64,000 nucleotides of DNA, from contig JBBQZX010000030.1 in assembly GCA_038207335.1 (NCBI GenBank), forward strand, positions 14,063 to 78,062, written 5' to 3'. Positions 17,651 to 28,040 of the stretch are shown piece after piece. Each line of letters opens with the position of its first letter. The stretch's first letter is position 1. The position numbers and the translations under genes are program-made. The notes under the pieces are model-generated. The model was not told where the DNA came from, ran no database searches, and was given only the letters and a program-made list of their open reading frames with translations. This DNA comes from Chthoniobacterales bacterium. Its GTDB lineage: Bacteria > Verrucomicrobiota > Verrucomicrobiia > Chthoniobacterales > Chthoniobacteraceae.

Positions 17651-18232
17651 AGTTCGCCCGTTTTGCCACCGTAGTCGCGAAGTGCGGCCCATCTTTAAGT
17701 GCCTCATGCACAGAGATTTTTTTCTGAGGGGAAACCCGAAAGGAGAACAAGTGAGTGCAGATTCGGCGATTTTGAACAATTCGCGCGAACTCCTTCACTA
17801 CTCTCTCACTACTCCGTAACTGGCCAGTTTCGAGGCGTGCTATCACGCATCCCTCGAAAAAAATGCAGCTCAAATTCCGTCTCTTCCAACGCTCACTCGG
17901 CGTTTTTTACAGGCAGGGAATCAACTCCACGAAACGGGGAAGTCTCAAAACCAAGATCGCGCAGAGGCCGAACGCCTGCTGCTTGCGACGAACGAGAGCC
18001 ATCGGCAACCGCTCCTCAATCTCGCTCTCGGGCGAACCTATCTCGCCGCGCATCATCCCAAAATGGTCACGCGAGAGTGGCAATGCGTGATGAACGAAAT
18101 GGCGAATCATGACATTCCCTCGACCCAGGCGCGATGCGCGTCCCTGCCACTCGAGAGTCAGAATCAACAGTGTAGTTCGTCTTGCAAAAGCAATCTTCTG
18201 TTTCCCTCGGTGGGGGCAGGGTCGCCTGCGTT

Positions 18233-18440
18233 TTAGTGGACGACCTGGAGCCGCAGGAACCGTGTGGGATGGCCGGGATCCGTGCCGAGATACTGATCGC
18301 CCACTTGCACGTCGAAAATCGGGTTGCCACCGGTTTCCGACACGGGGACTCCTACCACCAGAGCGACGAATGGATTGCCATTGATGCTCCGTGCCAGGTC
18401 GGTCCACGGTCCGGCGGGGTTGTCGGCGCCCTGGACGGTC
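18233..18440 (-). pseudogene. Orphan C-terminal fragment of a secreted protein
   Basis: TVQGADNPAGPWTDLARSINGNPF...DPGHPTRFLRLQVVH* with no coherent upstream coding frame. Confidence 0.45.
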
Positions 18441-18626
18441 GGCTGTCGTAGCGCCCATACCGTTTCCGGCATTGCTTGCGCTCGCCCCGCAGATGCGCGT
18501 GGAGCGTGCATCCCGCTCTGAAATCCCGCCTGACGTGCCGGTAGATCGTTTCATGGCTGATCGCCTGTCCCGCGTCCGCCCCAAGATTACGAAGACCAAT
18601 TTTCTCATGAGCAGCGAATTCCTTCT

Positions 18627-19030
18627 GTGAAGAAGATTCTCGTCATCGATGATGAGCCGGAGTTTACGGTCCTGCTCCAACGGGCGATGCCAGAATTCAC
18701 AGTCCGGGTAGTTGCTGATCCTAAAGTTGCGCTAACAACCGCCCGTCGCTTTAAGCCCGACGTTTTCATCCTCGACTTGGTGATGCCCGGCATTGATGGA
18801 CCGATCTGGCGACTCAGATACGGAGTGATCCAGAATTCAAACAAGCACCCATCATTTTTTTGTCAGCACTCGTTCATAGTAGAGATGAGACAGACGAGCC
18901 TATCTTGCTGAACGAGTTTCCTGCTTTTGGCAAGCCCTTCAGTATAGAGAAGCTGAAGGAATGCATCGCACAGCAGCTAACACCGACACCGCCACTTGAG
19001 AAGAGGCATAGATTATTCGGCAACGACTAA
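18627..19030 (+). pseudogene. Single-domain response regulator, frameshifted near 18800
   Basis: KKILVIDDE...FILDLVMPGIDG, then a shifted frame DLATQIRSDPEFKQAPIIFLSA...KPFSIEKL...*. Confidence 0.8.
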
Positions 19031-19148
19031 TCTGATCCCGTAAAAATGGCTCTGTTGCCGCGGATCGTGAAGAGAACGGCAGAATCATTTGGTGGTAGCA
19101 TCGCTTGAGCCTCATTGCTAAGAAATGAATCCGTTGGACCTTGCGCGA

Positions 19149-19709
19149 TTACTTCGACTCGCCAAACAACCTGTGCAGGGAGACTTCGATCGAATGCCTG
19201 CCATCCCCCACCCAAATTGTTCCATCCTGCACCGTCACATCCAGCTTCATTGATCGATTCGCCAGCATCGCCAGCGCCTGACTTTGCATTGATGGCACCT
19301 GCCACACATTCAAATTCCCCAACCGCTGGACCTTGGAGCCGATGTTGTTCCACCATTGCGACGTGCTGGAGCTGAAGCTGTAAACAATGACACGCGCAGC
19401 TCGCGAACTCGCTCGCATCAGCCTCTTCTCTTCCGGCTGCCCAACTTCGATCCAGTGCTGAAGTTGGCCAGTTAAATCCTTCTCCCAAAGTGAAGGCTCG
19501 TCGGCGTCCCACATATCCTTCGCGAATTCGAGAGTTCCTTGATCATTGGAGCTCGTCGCACTGAGAGCGAAGGCGAGCAAGCGAATCAACATGCGTTCGT
19601 CTGTTTCTGAAGGATGTCGGGCAATCATCAGGTCATAATCGCCGTAAAGATTTCGGTCGATGTCGGCAAGCTGGAGCCTGGCTTTATAGATGGTAGCTTT
19701 GATGGCCAT
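19149..19709 (-). CDS. yaeQ: YaeQ family protein
   Basis: MAIKATIYKA, ARHPSETDERM, DEPSLW and WIEVGQP motifs. Confidence 0.93.
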   Translation of the reverse strand: MAIKATIYKARLQLADIDRNLYGDYDLMIARHPSETDERMLIRLLAFALSATSSNDQGTLEFAKDMWDADEPSLWEKDLTGQLQHWIEVGQPEEKRLMRASSRAARVIVYSFSSSTSQWWNNIGSKVQRLGNLNVWQVPSMQSQALAMLANRSMKLDVTVQDGTIWVGDGRHSIEVSLHRLFGESK

Positions 19710-19889
19710 ACTCGCAGGCTGGGGCTCTAACCGCCCGATCTCCGAGTACAAAAACACAAGCGCGTTGCGCGCCGCAAGGTTGAGGTAGAAGCTGTCAAGG
19801 CTTCTTCGCTTCTCCAACTCTGGGATCACGTTGTTGAGCTGGATTGGACATCCGTCATCAAAGGCGCTGACAGCATCGAGCTGTTGGTC

Positions 19890-20345
19890 TGCGGTCATTG
19901 GATTGTTGGCTTCGATTCCCACAAGCGCGATCGACGCCTCGTATCTCGCATTGATGCTGAAAACGAGATGTCAGGGTGGTTGCGCCGTGCCCAACACACC
20001 CGCCGGCCTTCGCCAACTTCTCAAGCTGCTCACCCGCTGGGGCGCTCACGTCCGCGTCTGTCAGGAGCCGAGCGGAGCGAGATAGCCAAAGGGCGGAGCT
20101 TTTGACTGAAGGGCAGCACCGGATGGGAGGCGCAGGCTGTCGCGCTCGCCCTGCACCGCGCCAAAAGGCGTGGCGGTCATGGTCGTCAACCCGCGCGCGA
20201 TCAAAGACCTCCAGCGCCCGGCTCACCGGCGCCAAGACCGATAAAGTCGTTGCCCTGGGCATCCTCGAGTTCCTCCAGCGCATGGAGTTTACGCCGTGGA
20301 CGCTGCCCGCCAAGGCCATGCTGGCCCTGAAATAGCTCGGGCGGT
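19890..20345 (+). mobile_element. IS110-family transposase remnant (DEDD N-terminal domain, multiple frameshifts)
   Basis: Fragments PNTPAGLRQLLK...VRVCQEPSG; VMVVNPRAIKD; AKTDKV.ALGILEFLQRM. Confidence 0.72.
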
Positions 20346-20490
20346 GTATGGCTCCTCGGCGACGGTGCCGACTCCGGATGTGGTTGAGAACGCGTCACCG
20401 ATGTGCAGCTTCGCCTTCGGTTGATCACCGCAAAGCCATTCGGCTTGCGTGTCATCTTCACCCAAGAATCTTCGCGGCGCAAAATAATAG

Positions 20491-20506
20491 TTGACTGATC
20501 GGTTTA
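20491..20506. promoter_or_regulatory. Putative TetR (NemR-like) operator 1
   Basis: TTGACTGATCGGTTTA, imperfect palindrome ending 19 nt before the TetR start. Confidence 0.6.
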
Positions 20507-20525
20507 CTACGAGAAGGGTGCAGCT

Positions 20526-21140
20526 ATGCCACGAGTGAGTCACGCCAAAGAAAAACTGACCGAAGCCGCGCTTGGCTTGATCTGGACAAGCGGGTACGCA
20601 GCGACGTCTGTGGATGACATCTGCGCGAAGGCGGAGGTGAAAAAGGGAAGTTTTTACCACTTTTTCAAATCCAAGGCGGAGTTGGAGATTGCCGCACTGG
20701 AGGAGAATTGGCAGCGCAGTCGGCAGGTTTGGAATGATCTTTTTTCGCCTGCGGTTCCACCGTTGCAGCGGTTGGAAGATTACTTTCAGTTTGTGGTGAA
20801 ACGCCAGGGACAGCTCACAGAGGAGTATGGATCAGTTTTGGGCTGCCCTCTCTGTAGCGTGGGCTCTGAGGTCGGCTCTCGCGAGGTGGGAATCCGGGAC
20901 AAGACGCTTGAGATCATGGAGCGTTATGTGAAGTATTTTGAGTCGGCGATTCGGGATGCCGATGCGCAGGGGCTGATAGTCGCGCCTGATGCGAAGGCCA
21001 AGGCGACGGCTCTCTACTCCTACTTTCAAGGCGTTATGGCGCAGGCGCGCATCGCCAACAGCCTGGAGCCGCTCCGGGAGCTGAAGTCGGGTGCATGGGC
21101 GCTGCTTGGCGTCCGGCAGGTGGAACTCGTGGGGGCTTAA
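20526..21140 (+). CDS. TetR/AcrR family regulator (NemR-like)
   Basis: GYAATSVDDIC...KGSFYHFFKSK HTH; GCPL motif. Confidence 0.92.
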   Translation: MPRVSHAKEKLTEAALGLIWTSGYAATSVDDICAKAEVKKGSFYHFFKSKAELEIAALEENWQRSRQVWNDLFSPAVPPLQRLEDYFQFVVKRQGQLTEEYGSVLGCPLCSVGSEVGSREVGIRDKTLEIMERYVKYFESAIRDADAQGLIVAPDAKAKATALYSYFQGVMAQARIANSLEPLRELKSGAWALLGVRQVELVGA

Positions 21141-21190
21141 CGCCCGAACAAAAAACCAGAGATTGAAAGTCCATTTTTTCGCAAATATCA

Positions 21191-21205
21191 TAGACGACCA
21201 GTCAA
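21191..21205. promoter_or_regulatory. Putative TetR operator 2
   Basis: TAGACGACCAGTCAA; reverse complement TTGACTGGTCGTCTA resembles operator 1. Confidence 0.55.
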
Positions 21206-21224
21206 ATACGAAAGCCAAGAAACC

Positions 21225-21512
21225 ATGAATACGCCACTCAATCAATCCCGCTGCCACTCGCACAAAGTTGAAATTCCGGCCGGTTTTTGCCGGAAGCTTT
21301 CCGATTCGCTGATCGCGTTGAAGGAACAGCTTCACGCCAAATTCGACCGCGCGCTGCCGGGTCGCCGGCACCTCGTTCGCGAGTTGATCGCCGACGCGGA
21401 AGCTCGCGCTTGGGAGACAGCGTTTCCGCATCTCTTTTTGCCGGATTTTGCGGAGCTGCGTTTCGCGGAAGTGCTCGCGAGCGAACAGCCGGGTTACGCC
21501 CACGCGGCGTGA
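21225..21512 (+). CDS. Small hypothetical protein
   Basis: 95-aa ORF with A/C-rich leader; EARAWETAFPHLFLP motif; first gene after operator 2. Confidence 0.65.
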   Translation: MNTPLNQSRCHSHKVEIPAGFCRKLSDSLIALKEQLHAKFDRALPGRRHLVRELIADAEARAWETAFPHLFLPDFAELRFAEVLASEQPGYAHAA

Positions 21513-21557
21513 GATTCGGCCGCACTAGAGAAACGTTAACTCCAACCATCGCTCGCC

Positions 21558-21685
21558 ATGTGGATCGTCCACCTCGCAATTCGTCGCCCAGACACTTTTG
21601 TCGTGATGTCCGTCCTCATCGCTTCAATGGGCATCTTCGCGATTGTCCGCACGCCGAAGGACATTTTTCCTGAATCAAAATCCCG
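21558..21685 (+). pseudogene. RND efflux permease (AcrB family) N-terminal stub
   Basis: MWIVHLAIRRPDTFVVMSVLIASMGIFAIVRTPKDIFPE, then frameshift and truncation. Confidence 0.8.
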
Positions 21686-21829
21686 AACAACCATGCCGAG
21701 TTCGTCCCCGGGGTCTTTTTATTGAAAACCCGAACGACACGATCCACGACGGCACCCAAGTCCCGCCCGCCGCACCGCTCATCACCGCCAAATAATTCCG
21801 CAGCCAAAACGCAGGAACCAAAACCATAT

Positions 21830-22591
21830 ATGTCCACCACTACACAAAAACTCGCAGGTAAAGTCGCTGTCGTCACCGGAGCCTCCAAAGGCATCGGCGC
21901 CGCCATCGCCAAGTCACTCGCCGCCGCCGGCGCATCCGTCGTCGTCAACTACGCGTCCAGCAAGTCCGGCGCGGATAAGACCGTTGACGAAATCTCCAAG
22001 GCCGGCGGCAAAGCCGTCGCCGTGCAGGCCGATGTCGCGAAGCCAGCCGACATTACCCGCCTCTTCGCCGAGACGAAAACGGCTTTCGGCAAACTCGACA
22101 TCCTCGTCAACAACGCCGGCATCTACGAGATGCTCCCGCTGGAAGCGATCACGCCAGAGCACTTTCACAAGCAGTTCGATCTCAACGTCCTTGGCCTGCT
22201 GCTCACTACGCAGGAAGCGGTCAAACTCATCGGCGCGGACGGCGGCAGCATCATCAATATCAGCTCGGTCGTGAGCACCTACGGCATTCCCGGTGCGGCC
22301 GTTTATAGCGCGACGAAAGGTGCCGTTGATTCCATCACCCGCGTGCTTGCCAAGGAACTTGGGCCGAAGGGCATTCGCGTGAATGCCATTAATCCGGGCA
22401 TGGTGGAAACCGAGGGAACCCACGCCGCCGGCATTGAGGGCAGCGACTTCCAAGCCTCGACCAAAGCCGCGACACCGCTCGGCCGCCTTGGCCAGCCGCA
22501 AGACATCGCCAGTGCCGCCCTCTTCCTCGCGTCGTCGGATTCGTCTTGGATCACGAGCGAGACATTCCTGATCTCAGGCGGCTTCCGCTGA
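21830..22591 (+). CDS. Short-chain dehydrogenase/reductase
   Basis: TGASKGIG, NNAG and YSATK motifs. Confidence 0.95.
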   Translation: MSTTTQKLAGKVAVVTGASKGIGAAIAKSLAAAGASVVVNYASSKSGADKTVDEISKAGGKAVAVQADVAKPADITRLFAETKTAFGKLDILVNNAGIYEMLPLEAITPEHFHKQFDLNVLGLLLTTQEAVKLIGADGGSIINISSVVSTYGIPGAAVYSATKGAVDSITRVLAKELGPKGIRVNAINPGMVETEGTHAAGIEGSDFQASTKAATPLGRLGQPQDIASAALFLASSDSSWITSETFLISGGFR

Positions 22592-22599
22592 TCGCATCA

Positions 22600-22633
22600 C
22601 CGGCGGGCCAGCGCTCACTGCCTGGCCCGCCGG
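22600..22633 (+). other. 12-bp GC hairpin between SDR and alkene reductase (no U-tract)
   Basis: CCGGCGGGCCAG-N10-CTGGCCCGCCGG. Confidence 0.6.
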
Positions 22634-22662
22634 CCTTCATCATTCGTTCCATTGCCAATCTA

Positions 22663-23748
22663 ATGATCAATCTCTTCACCCCACTCATCGTCGGCGCGAT
22701 CGAGCTGCCGAACCGCATCATCATGGCGCCGCTCACTCGCGCGCGGGCCGGCGTCACGCGCACGCCGAATGCGCTCATGACCGAATACTACCGGCAGCGC
22801 GCGTCCGCCGGACTCATCATCAGCGAGGCGACTTCCGTCGATCCGATGGGCGTCGGTTACGCCGACACGCCCGGCATTTGGTCGGAGGAACAGGTGCGTG
22901 GTTGGTCGCAAATCACCGACGCCGTCCACGACGAAGGCGGACGGATTTTCCTGCAACTCTGGCACGTCGGCCGCATGTCCGATCCGATGTTTCTCGACGG
23001 CAAAACGCCTGTCGCGCCGAGCGCCGTCACGCCCGCGGGCCACGTCAGCCTCGTGCGTCCGGAGAAGCCCTTCGTCACGCCGCGCGCGCTGGAGCTGAAA
23101 GAAATTCCCGCGATCATCGAGGCCTATCGCCGCGGCGCGGAGAACGCGCAGCGCGCGGGTTTCGACGGCGTGGAAATGCACGGCGCGAACGGCTATCTGC
23201 TCGATCAATTCCTGCAGAGCAAAACGAATCAACGCACGGACGAATACGGCGGCTCGGTCGAAAATCGCGCGCGTCTCATGCTCGAAGCGACCGACGCCGC
23301 GATCTCCGTCTGGGGCGCGGATCGTGTGGGCATGCACCTCGCGCCGCGCAGCGACGCGCACGACATGGGAGACGCGAATCCCGCGGAGACCTTCGGCTAC
23401 GTCGCACGCGAACTCGGCCGGCGAAAGATCGCCTTCATCTGCGCCCGCGAATCGCTCGACTGCCCGCGCCTCGGCCCCGAGCTGATAAAGGCGTTCGGCG
23501 GCGTCTATATCGCCAACCAGCAATTCACGCAGCAGACCGCAGAGCAGACCATCGGCGCGGGCGAAGCGGACGCCGTCGCCTTCGGACTGCTCTTCATCGC
23601 GAACCCCGATCTGCCCGCACGCTTCGCCACCAGCGCGCCGCTCAATTCACCCGACCCGACGACCTTCTACGCGCCCGGACCACACGGCTACACCGACTAC
23701 CCCGCCCTCACCTCCACCAACGAACTCGAACCGTCCATTATCTCATGA
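22663..23748 (+). CDS. Alkene reductase, Old Yellow Enzyme family (NemA/XenB-like)
   Basis: MAPLTRARA, QLWHVGR, HGANGYLLDQF and NPDLP motifs. Confidence 0.95.
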   Translation: MINLFTPLIVGAIELPNRIIMAPLTRARAGVTRTPNALMTEYYRQRASAGLIISEATSVDPMGVGYADTPGIWSEEQVRGWSQITDAVHDEGGRIFLQLWHVGRMSDPMFLDGKTPVAPSAVTPAGHVSLVRPEKPFVTPRALELKEIPAIIEAYRRGAENAQRAGFDGVEMHGANGYLLDQFLQSKTNQRTDEYGGSVENRARLMLEATDAAISVWGADRVGMHLAPRSDAHDMGDANPAETFGYVARELGRRKIAFICARESLDCPRLGPELIKAFGGVYIANQQFTQQTAEQTIGAGEADAVAFGLLFIANPDLPARFATSAPLNSPDPTTFYAPGPHGYTDYPALTSTNELEPSIIS

Positions 23749-24200
23749 ACACCATCTCCGCACCCGATCTCACCACCCGTCCTCCACGCAGCGTGCGCTG
23801 CCGCCTCGGCGGTTACGCCCTGCTCCCACGCATGCTCGATAAAGGCCGCGCAACCATCGCCGGCACCAATGGCGAGTTTCACTACGACTGCCCGCTCGAT
23901 CAGCACATCATCAACTTCCTCGGCATCGATCCCGCCGTGCTCCGCGAACAAATAGCAGCCGACAAAACCGACAGCGAAATTCTCGACTGGATCAACGCCA
24001 GCGCGAAACACAAACGCGCGCCGTGGGAAATCGAGCAATGGAGCGATTACATGCAGCGCCGCGGACCGGACAGCGACGAGGAAACGCTCACCTACTTCGC
24101 CGAAGCCGTCGGAAAGTTCACCAAGACCCGCGAGGACATCAAAAGCTGGGCCGACCTGCTCGACCTCGACGACTACGTGACCTTCGGCGGGCGCCCCTGA
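23745..24200 (+). CDS. DUF5069-like protein
   Basis: APDLTTRPPRS...LGGY..LPRMLDKGRA...GEFHYDCPLD; ATGA coupling. Confidence 0.8.
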   Translation: MNTISAPDLTTRPPRSVRCRLGGYALLPRMLDKGRATIAGTNGEFHYDCPLDQHIINFLGIDPAVLREQIAADKTDSEILDWINASAKHKRAPWEIEQWSDYMQRRGPDSDEETLTYFAEAVGKFTKTREDIKSWADLLDLDDYVTFGGRP

Positions 24201-24248
24201 TCGCCAATCGGGTCAGCGGTGGCTGATCCATGAAACGTATTACCGAAA

Positions 24249-25280
24249 ATGATCCTCCATTCCGTTCTCGATCTCGCTCCGATCACCAAAGGAAGCGACG
24301 CGGCGCAGGCGTTTCGCAACACGCTCGACCTCGCGCAGCACGCTGAGGAATGGGGCTACCATCGCTACTGGCTCGCCGAGCATCACAACATCGCCGGCAT
24401 CGCCAGCGCGGCGACTTCGGTCGTCATCGGCCACGTCGCGGGCGGCACCTCGCGCATCCGCGTCGGCTCCGGCGGCATCATGCTGCCAAATCATGCCCCA
24501 CTGGTCATCGCCGAGCAATTCGGCACGCTCGAATCGCTCTATCCCGGCCGCATTGATCTCGGCCTCGGCCGCGCGCCCGGCGGTGATCAAACAACCGCCC
24601 GCGCGTTGCGTCGCGGACTCGGCAGCAGTGGCGATACGTTCCCGCAGGATGTCGCGGAACTGCGGAGCTACTTCGCGCCCGCCGTCGCCGGACAGCCGCT
24701 GCGCGCCATCCCCGGCGCGGGACTGAACGTGCCGATCTACCTGCTCGGATCAAGCGATTTCAGCGCACGCCTCGCCGCGGAACTCGGCCTGCCCTTCGCC
24801 TTCGCCTCGCACTTCGCGCCGGACTATTTGCACGCCGCGATCGAGATTTACCGACGCGATTTTCAACCGTCGGCGCAGCTCGCCAAGCTGCACGTCATCG
24901 TCGGCGTAAACGTCATCGCCGCCGACTCCGACGCCGAAGCGAAGCATCTCTTCACCTCGCTGCAACAGGCCTTCCACGGGATCATCAGCGGCGCGCGCAG
25001 CGAGCTGCCGCCGCCAGTCGCGACGATGAATGGCCGCTGGAACGGGATGGAAGAAGCCTACGTGGGACGCATGCTGCGCTGCTCGGTAGTCGGCTCCCCA
25101 GCGACCATTCGCCGCGAATTGGAAGCTATCATCGATTCCACCGGAGCGGACGAAATCATCGCCACCGCACAGGTCTTTGATCACTCCGCGCGCCTCCGCT
25201 CCTTCGAAATCGCCGCGGGCGTCTTCGATGAAATCAATGCCTCGCGGGCGACTTCGCAGTTGCAAGCAACCGTTCATTAG
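24249..25280 (+). CDS. Luciferase-like (LLM) flavin-dependent oxidoreductase
   Basis: [16 protein letters not shown] and [12 protein letters not shown] motifs. Confidence 0.94.
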   Translation: MILHSVLDLAPITKGSDAAQAFRNTLDLAQHAEEWGYHRYWLAEHHNIAGIASAATSVVIGHVAGGTSRIRVGSGGIMLPNHAPLVIAEQFGTLESLYPGRIDLGLGRAPGGDQTTARALRRGLGSSGDTFPQDVAELRSYFAPAVAGQPLRAIPGAGLNVPIYLLGSSDFSARLAAELGLPFAFASHFAPDYLHAAIEIYRRDFQPSAQLAKLHVIVGVNVIAADSDAEAKHLFTSLQQAFHGIISGARSELPPPVATMNGRWNGMEEAYVGRMLRCSVVGSPATIRRELEAIIDSTGADEIIATAQVFDHSARLRSFEIAAGVFDEINASRATSQLQATVH

Positions 25281-25592
25281 GCATCCCAACGCTATTCAGT
25301 CGATGTCTCTAAACGGTCCATCACGGTCAGCTTCTCCACTGCCGATGGCCAGGACAAGGCGGCGGTCGCCGTCGCCCGCGAACTCACCGTCTGGCCTTAC
25401 TTCAGTTCGCCCACTCGCCACCCAAATCCGCTGAGTTCGATAGAGTAGTGAACCCGAACCGCGTGCCCACGCCGTAGTCGTCCAAGGTGCGCCGTTGCTT
25501 GTGCAAACAACGAGCCTGCCCACTTGCGCGCTGGTTTCGTTGCTGGCTAAGATACAGCCCTTCCGCGTGTTCTGTGTTCTGTTGCCTGTCCC

Positions 25593-28010
25593 ATGGAAAT
25601 CCCCAGACTTCCTGCTCTCGTCCTCTCGCTGCTGCTCGCTGCGGGTGGCCGTTTGGACGCGGAGACGTCCGGAGGGTTGGAGCCGGGGGTGCGGGACTAC
25701 TTCGAGCAGCACTGCGTGAAATGTCACGGTGAGGAGAAGCAGAAGGGCGATTTTCGGATCGACACGCTCTCGACGAAAGTGGGCTTTGAAAATAACCCGC
25801 AGTGGCTGGAGATCATGGAGCGGATCAATTCGGGCGAGATGCCGCCGAAGAAGACAAAGGAGCGGCCCGCGGCGGACGAGAGCGCGAAGGTGGTGGCGTG
25901 GCTCGCCGATCGGATGAAGGAGGGCGAGGCGGCGCTCATGGCGGCGCGCGGCCGCGTGTCCTACAACCGGCTCACGCGCGACGAGTATGTGAACACGGTG
26001 GGCGATCTCCTCGGCGTGCATTTCGACGCGAAGGACCCCGGCGCTTTCCTTGAAGACCCGGAGTGGCACGGCTTCGAGCGCATCGGCTCGGTGCTGACGC
26101 TTTCGCCCTCGAACATCGAAAAGTATCTCGGCGCCGCGGAGGTGATCTTGGCGGAGGCGTATCCGGAGAAAAAGCCGGCACCGTACGAGGGCACGAAGCG
26201 CGCGGTGATGGAAGATCAAGTGAACGCGCGGCATCGCGAGCGGCTGCGCGCACTCGGGCTGCTGGACAAGGTGCGCTTCGAGATGTGGCCGGGGGATATG
26301 TTCCGCGGCACGAATCTGCAGGAACCGCTGCCGGAGGCGGGCATCTACGAGATCAGTTATACGCTCAGCGGCCTGAAGCCCGAGAAGGGACGCGCCCCGC
26401 GGCTGAAGGTCTATGAGGCGAAGCTGGACCGCGTGCTTTACGAGCAGGACATCGTCGCGCCCGAGGATCAGCCGGTGACCGTCACATTCCGCACGCATCT
26501 GCCGAAAGGCCGGCCGAACATCGAGGTCTATAACGACGTGCCCGGCCCCTCGAATCTGCCGCGCGCGGGGCGGCACGGCGAGACGCCTTTCATCAGCATC
26601 AAGGACGGCCGCATCCCCTGGCAGATGAAGCTCACGGATGAGCAGGGCCGCGCGCGCTATCCTTTCCTCATCATGGACTCCGTTGCTTGGCGCGGGCCGA
26701 TCCTGACAGACGAGGAACAGAGCCGTCGCGCCGGGTTTTTCCCGCGCGAGGATGGGAATATGGATGAAGTGCGCGAGTGCCTCGGTGCGCTTGCACGGCG
26801 TGCTTTTCGCCGACCGGTCACGACGGAGGAGCTAGACGGCTATGTCGGCATTGTGAAAGCGGAACTCGACGCGAAGGAGAAGTTCCGCGACGCGGTGAAG
26901 GCCGGAATGCTGGCGATACTCTGCTCGAAAAGCTTCGTCTTCATCGCCGAGGGCGACGAAAGCGTGAACCGCGGCACGCTGAACGACTGGGAGATCGCGG
27001 CGCGCCTTTCCTATCTGCTGTGGAGCACGATGCCGGATGCGGAGCTGTTCGCGCTCGCGGAAAAAGGGACGCTCCACGACAAGGCCGAGCTGTCGCGGCA
27101 AGTCGCGCGGATGCTCGCGGATGAACGCGCCACGCGCTTCACGGACTCCTTTGCCACGCAATGGCTGCGGCTGCGGAGGGTCGGGATGTTTCAGCCCGAC
27201 AAGAAGCTCTACCCGGACTACGACAAGACGCTCGAGGCGAGCATGGTCGGCGAGACGAAGTCGTTTTTCCGCGAGGTGCTGCAGGGCGGCCTCACACTGC
27301 GCGAATTCCTGAGTTCCGACTGGAGCATGATGAACGCGGGCCTCGCGCAATACTACGGACTGCCCGATGAGGGGCTGCCGCGCGACGGCTTCCAGCGCGT
27401 GTCGCTGCCTGCCGACAGTCACCGCGGCGGACTGCTCACGCAGGCTGCGATCCTTTCGCTCACCTCGGACGGCACGCGGCACCGACCCGTGCATCGCGGT
27501 GTGTGGGTGTCGGAGGCGATCTTCGGAAGATCGCCGCCGCCGCCGCCGGCGAATGTCGAGCCCATCCCGACCAATCCCGTCGATGCGCCGAAGGCGACGC
27601 TGCGCATGAAGCTCGAGGCGCACATCCGCGACGCGCGCTGTGCCGCCTGCCACGCGCGGATCGATCCGCTCGGACTCGCGTTTGAAAATTACGACGCCAT
27701 CGGCCGCTGGCGCACCGACGAGATCACCGACGGCACCGGGACGAATCCGAAGGTCGATCCTTCCGGTACGCTCCCCGACGGCCGCGAATACACGACGCCC
27801 GAGGAATTCAAGAAGCTGCTCCTGGCCGACCTCGACGCCTTCAATCACACCTTCATCGAGAAGCTCGCGACCTACGGCCTCCGCCGCAGCATTTCCTTCA
27901 GCGACCGCGACGAGTTGAAATCCATCGCCGCCGAGAGCAAGGCAAAGGACTATCGGCTCCGCGACATCGTCGAGGCATTCGTCGTGTCCGACCTTTTTCA
28001 AAAACGCTAA
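25593..28010 (+). CDS. DUF1592/DUF1588-family protein with two heme c motifs
   Basis: Signal peptide, CVKCH, RLTRDEYVNT, RLSYLLWSTMPD, PVHRGVW, CAACH and ENYDAIGRWR. Confidence 0.9.
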   Translation: MEIPRLPALVLSLLLAAGGRLDAETSGGLEPGVRDYFEQHCVKCHGEEKQKGDFRIDTLSTKVGFENNPQWLEIMERINSGEMPPKKTKERPAADESAKVVAWLADRMKEGEAALMAARGRVSYNRLTRDEYVNTVGDLLGVHFDAKDPGAFLEDPEWHGFERIGSVLTLSPSNIEKYLGAAEVILAEAYPEKKPAPYEGTKRAVMEDQVNARHRERLRALGLLDKVRFEMWPGDMFRGTNLQEPLPEAGIYEISYTLSGLKPEKGRAPRLKVYEAKLDRVLYEQDIVAPEDQPVTVTFRTHLPKGRPNIEVYNDVPGPSNLPRAGRHGETPFISIKDGRIPWQMKLTDEQGRARYPFLIMDSVAWRGPILTDEEQSRRAGFFPREDGNMDEVRECLGALARRAFRRPVTTEELDGYVGIVKAELDAKEKFRDAVKAGMLAILCSKSFVFIAEGDESVNRGTLNDWEIAARLSYLLWSTMPDAELFALAEKGTLHDKAELSRQVARMLADERATRFTDSFATQWLRLRRVGMFQPDKKLYPDYDKTLEASMVGETKSFFREVLQGGLTLREFLSSDWSMMNAGLAQYYGLPDEGLPRDGFQRVSLPADSHRGGLLTQAAILSLTSDGTRHRPVHRGVWVSEAIFGRSPPPPPANVEPIPTNPVDAPKATLRMKLEAHIRDARCAACHARIDPLGLAFENYDAIGRWRTDEITDGTGTNPKVDPSGTLPDGREYTTPEEFKKLLLADLDAFNHTFIEKLATYGLRRSISFSDRDELKSIAAESKAKDYRLRDIVEAFVVSDLFQKR

Positions 28011-28040
28011 TCCCCACCACTCACCCAAACGAACCGCTAC

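Noticed and set aside
11624..17791. Identical 14-mer AATTCGCGCGAACT at 11624 and 17778
   Set aside because: CG-rich near-palindrome; 14-mer matches are expected by chance in 64 kb.
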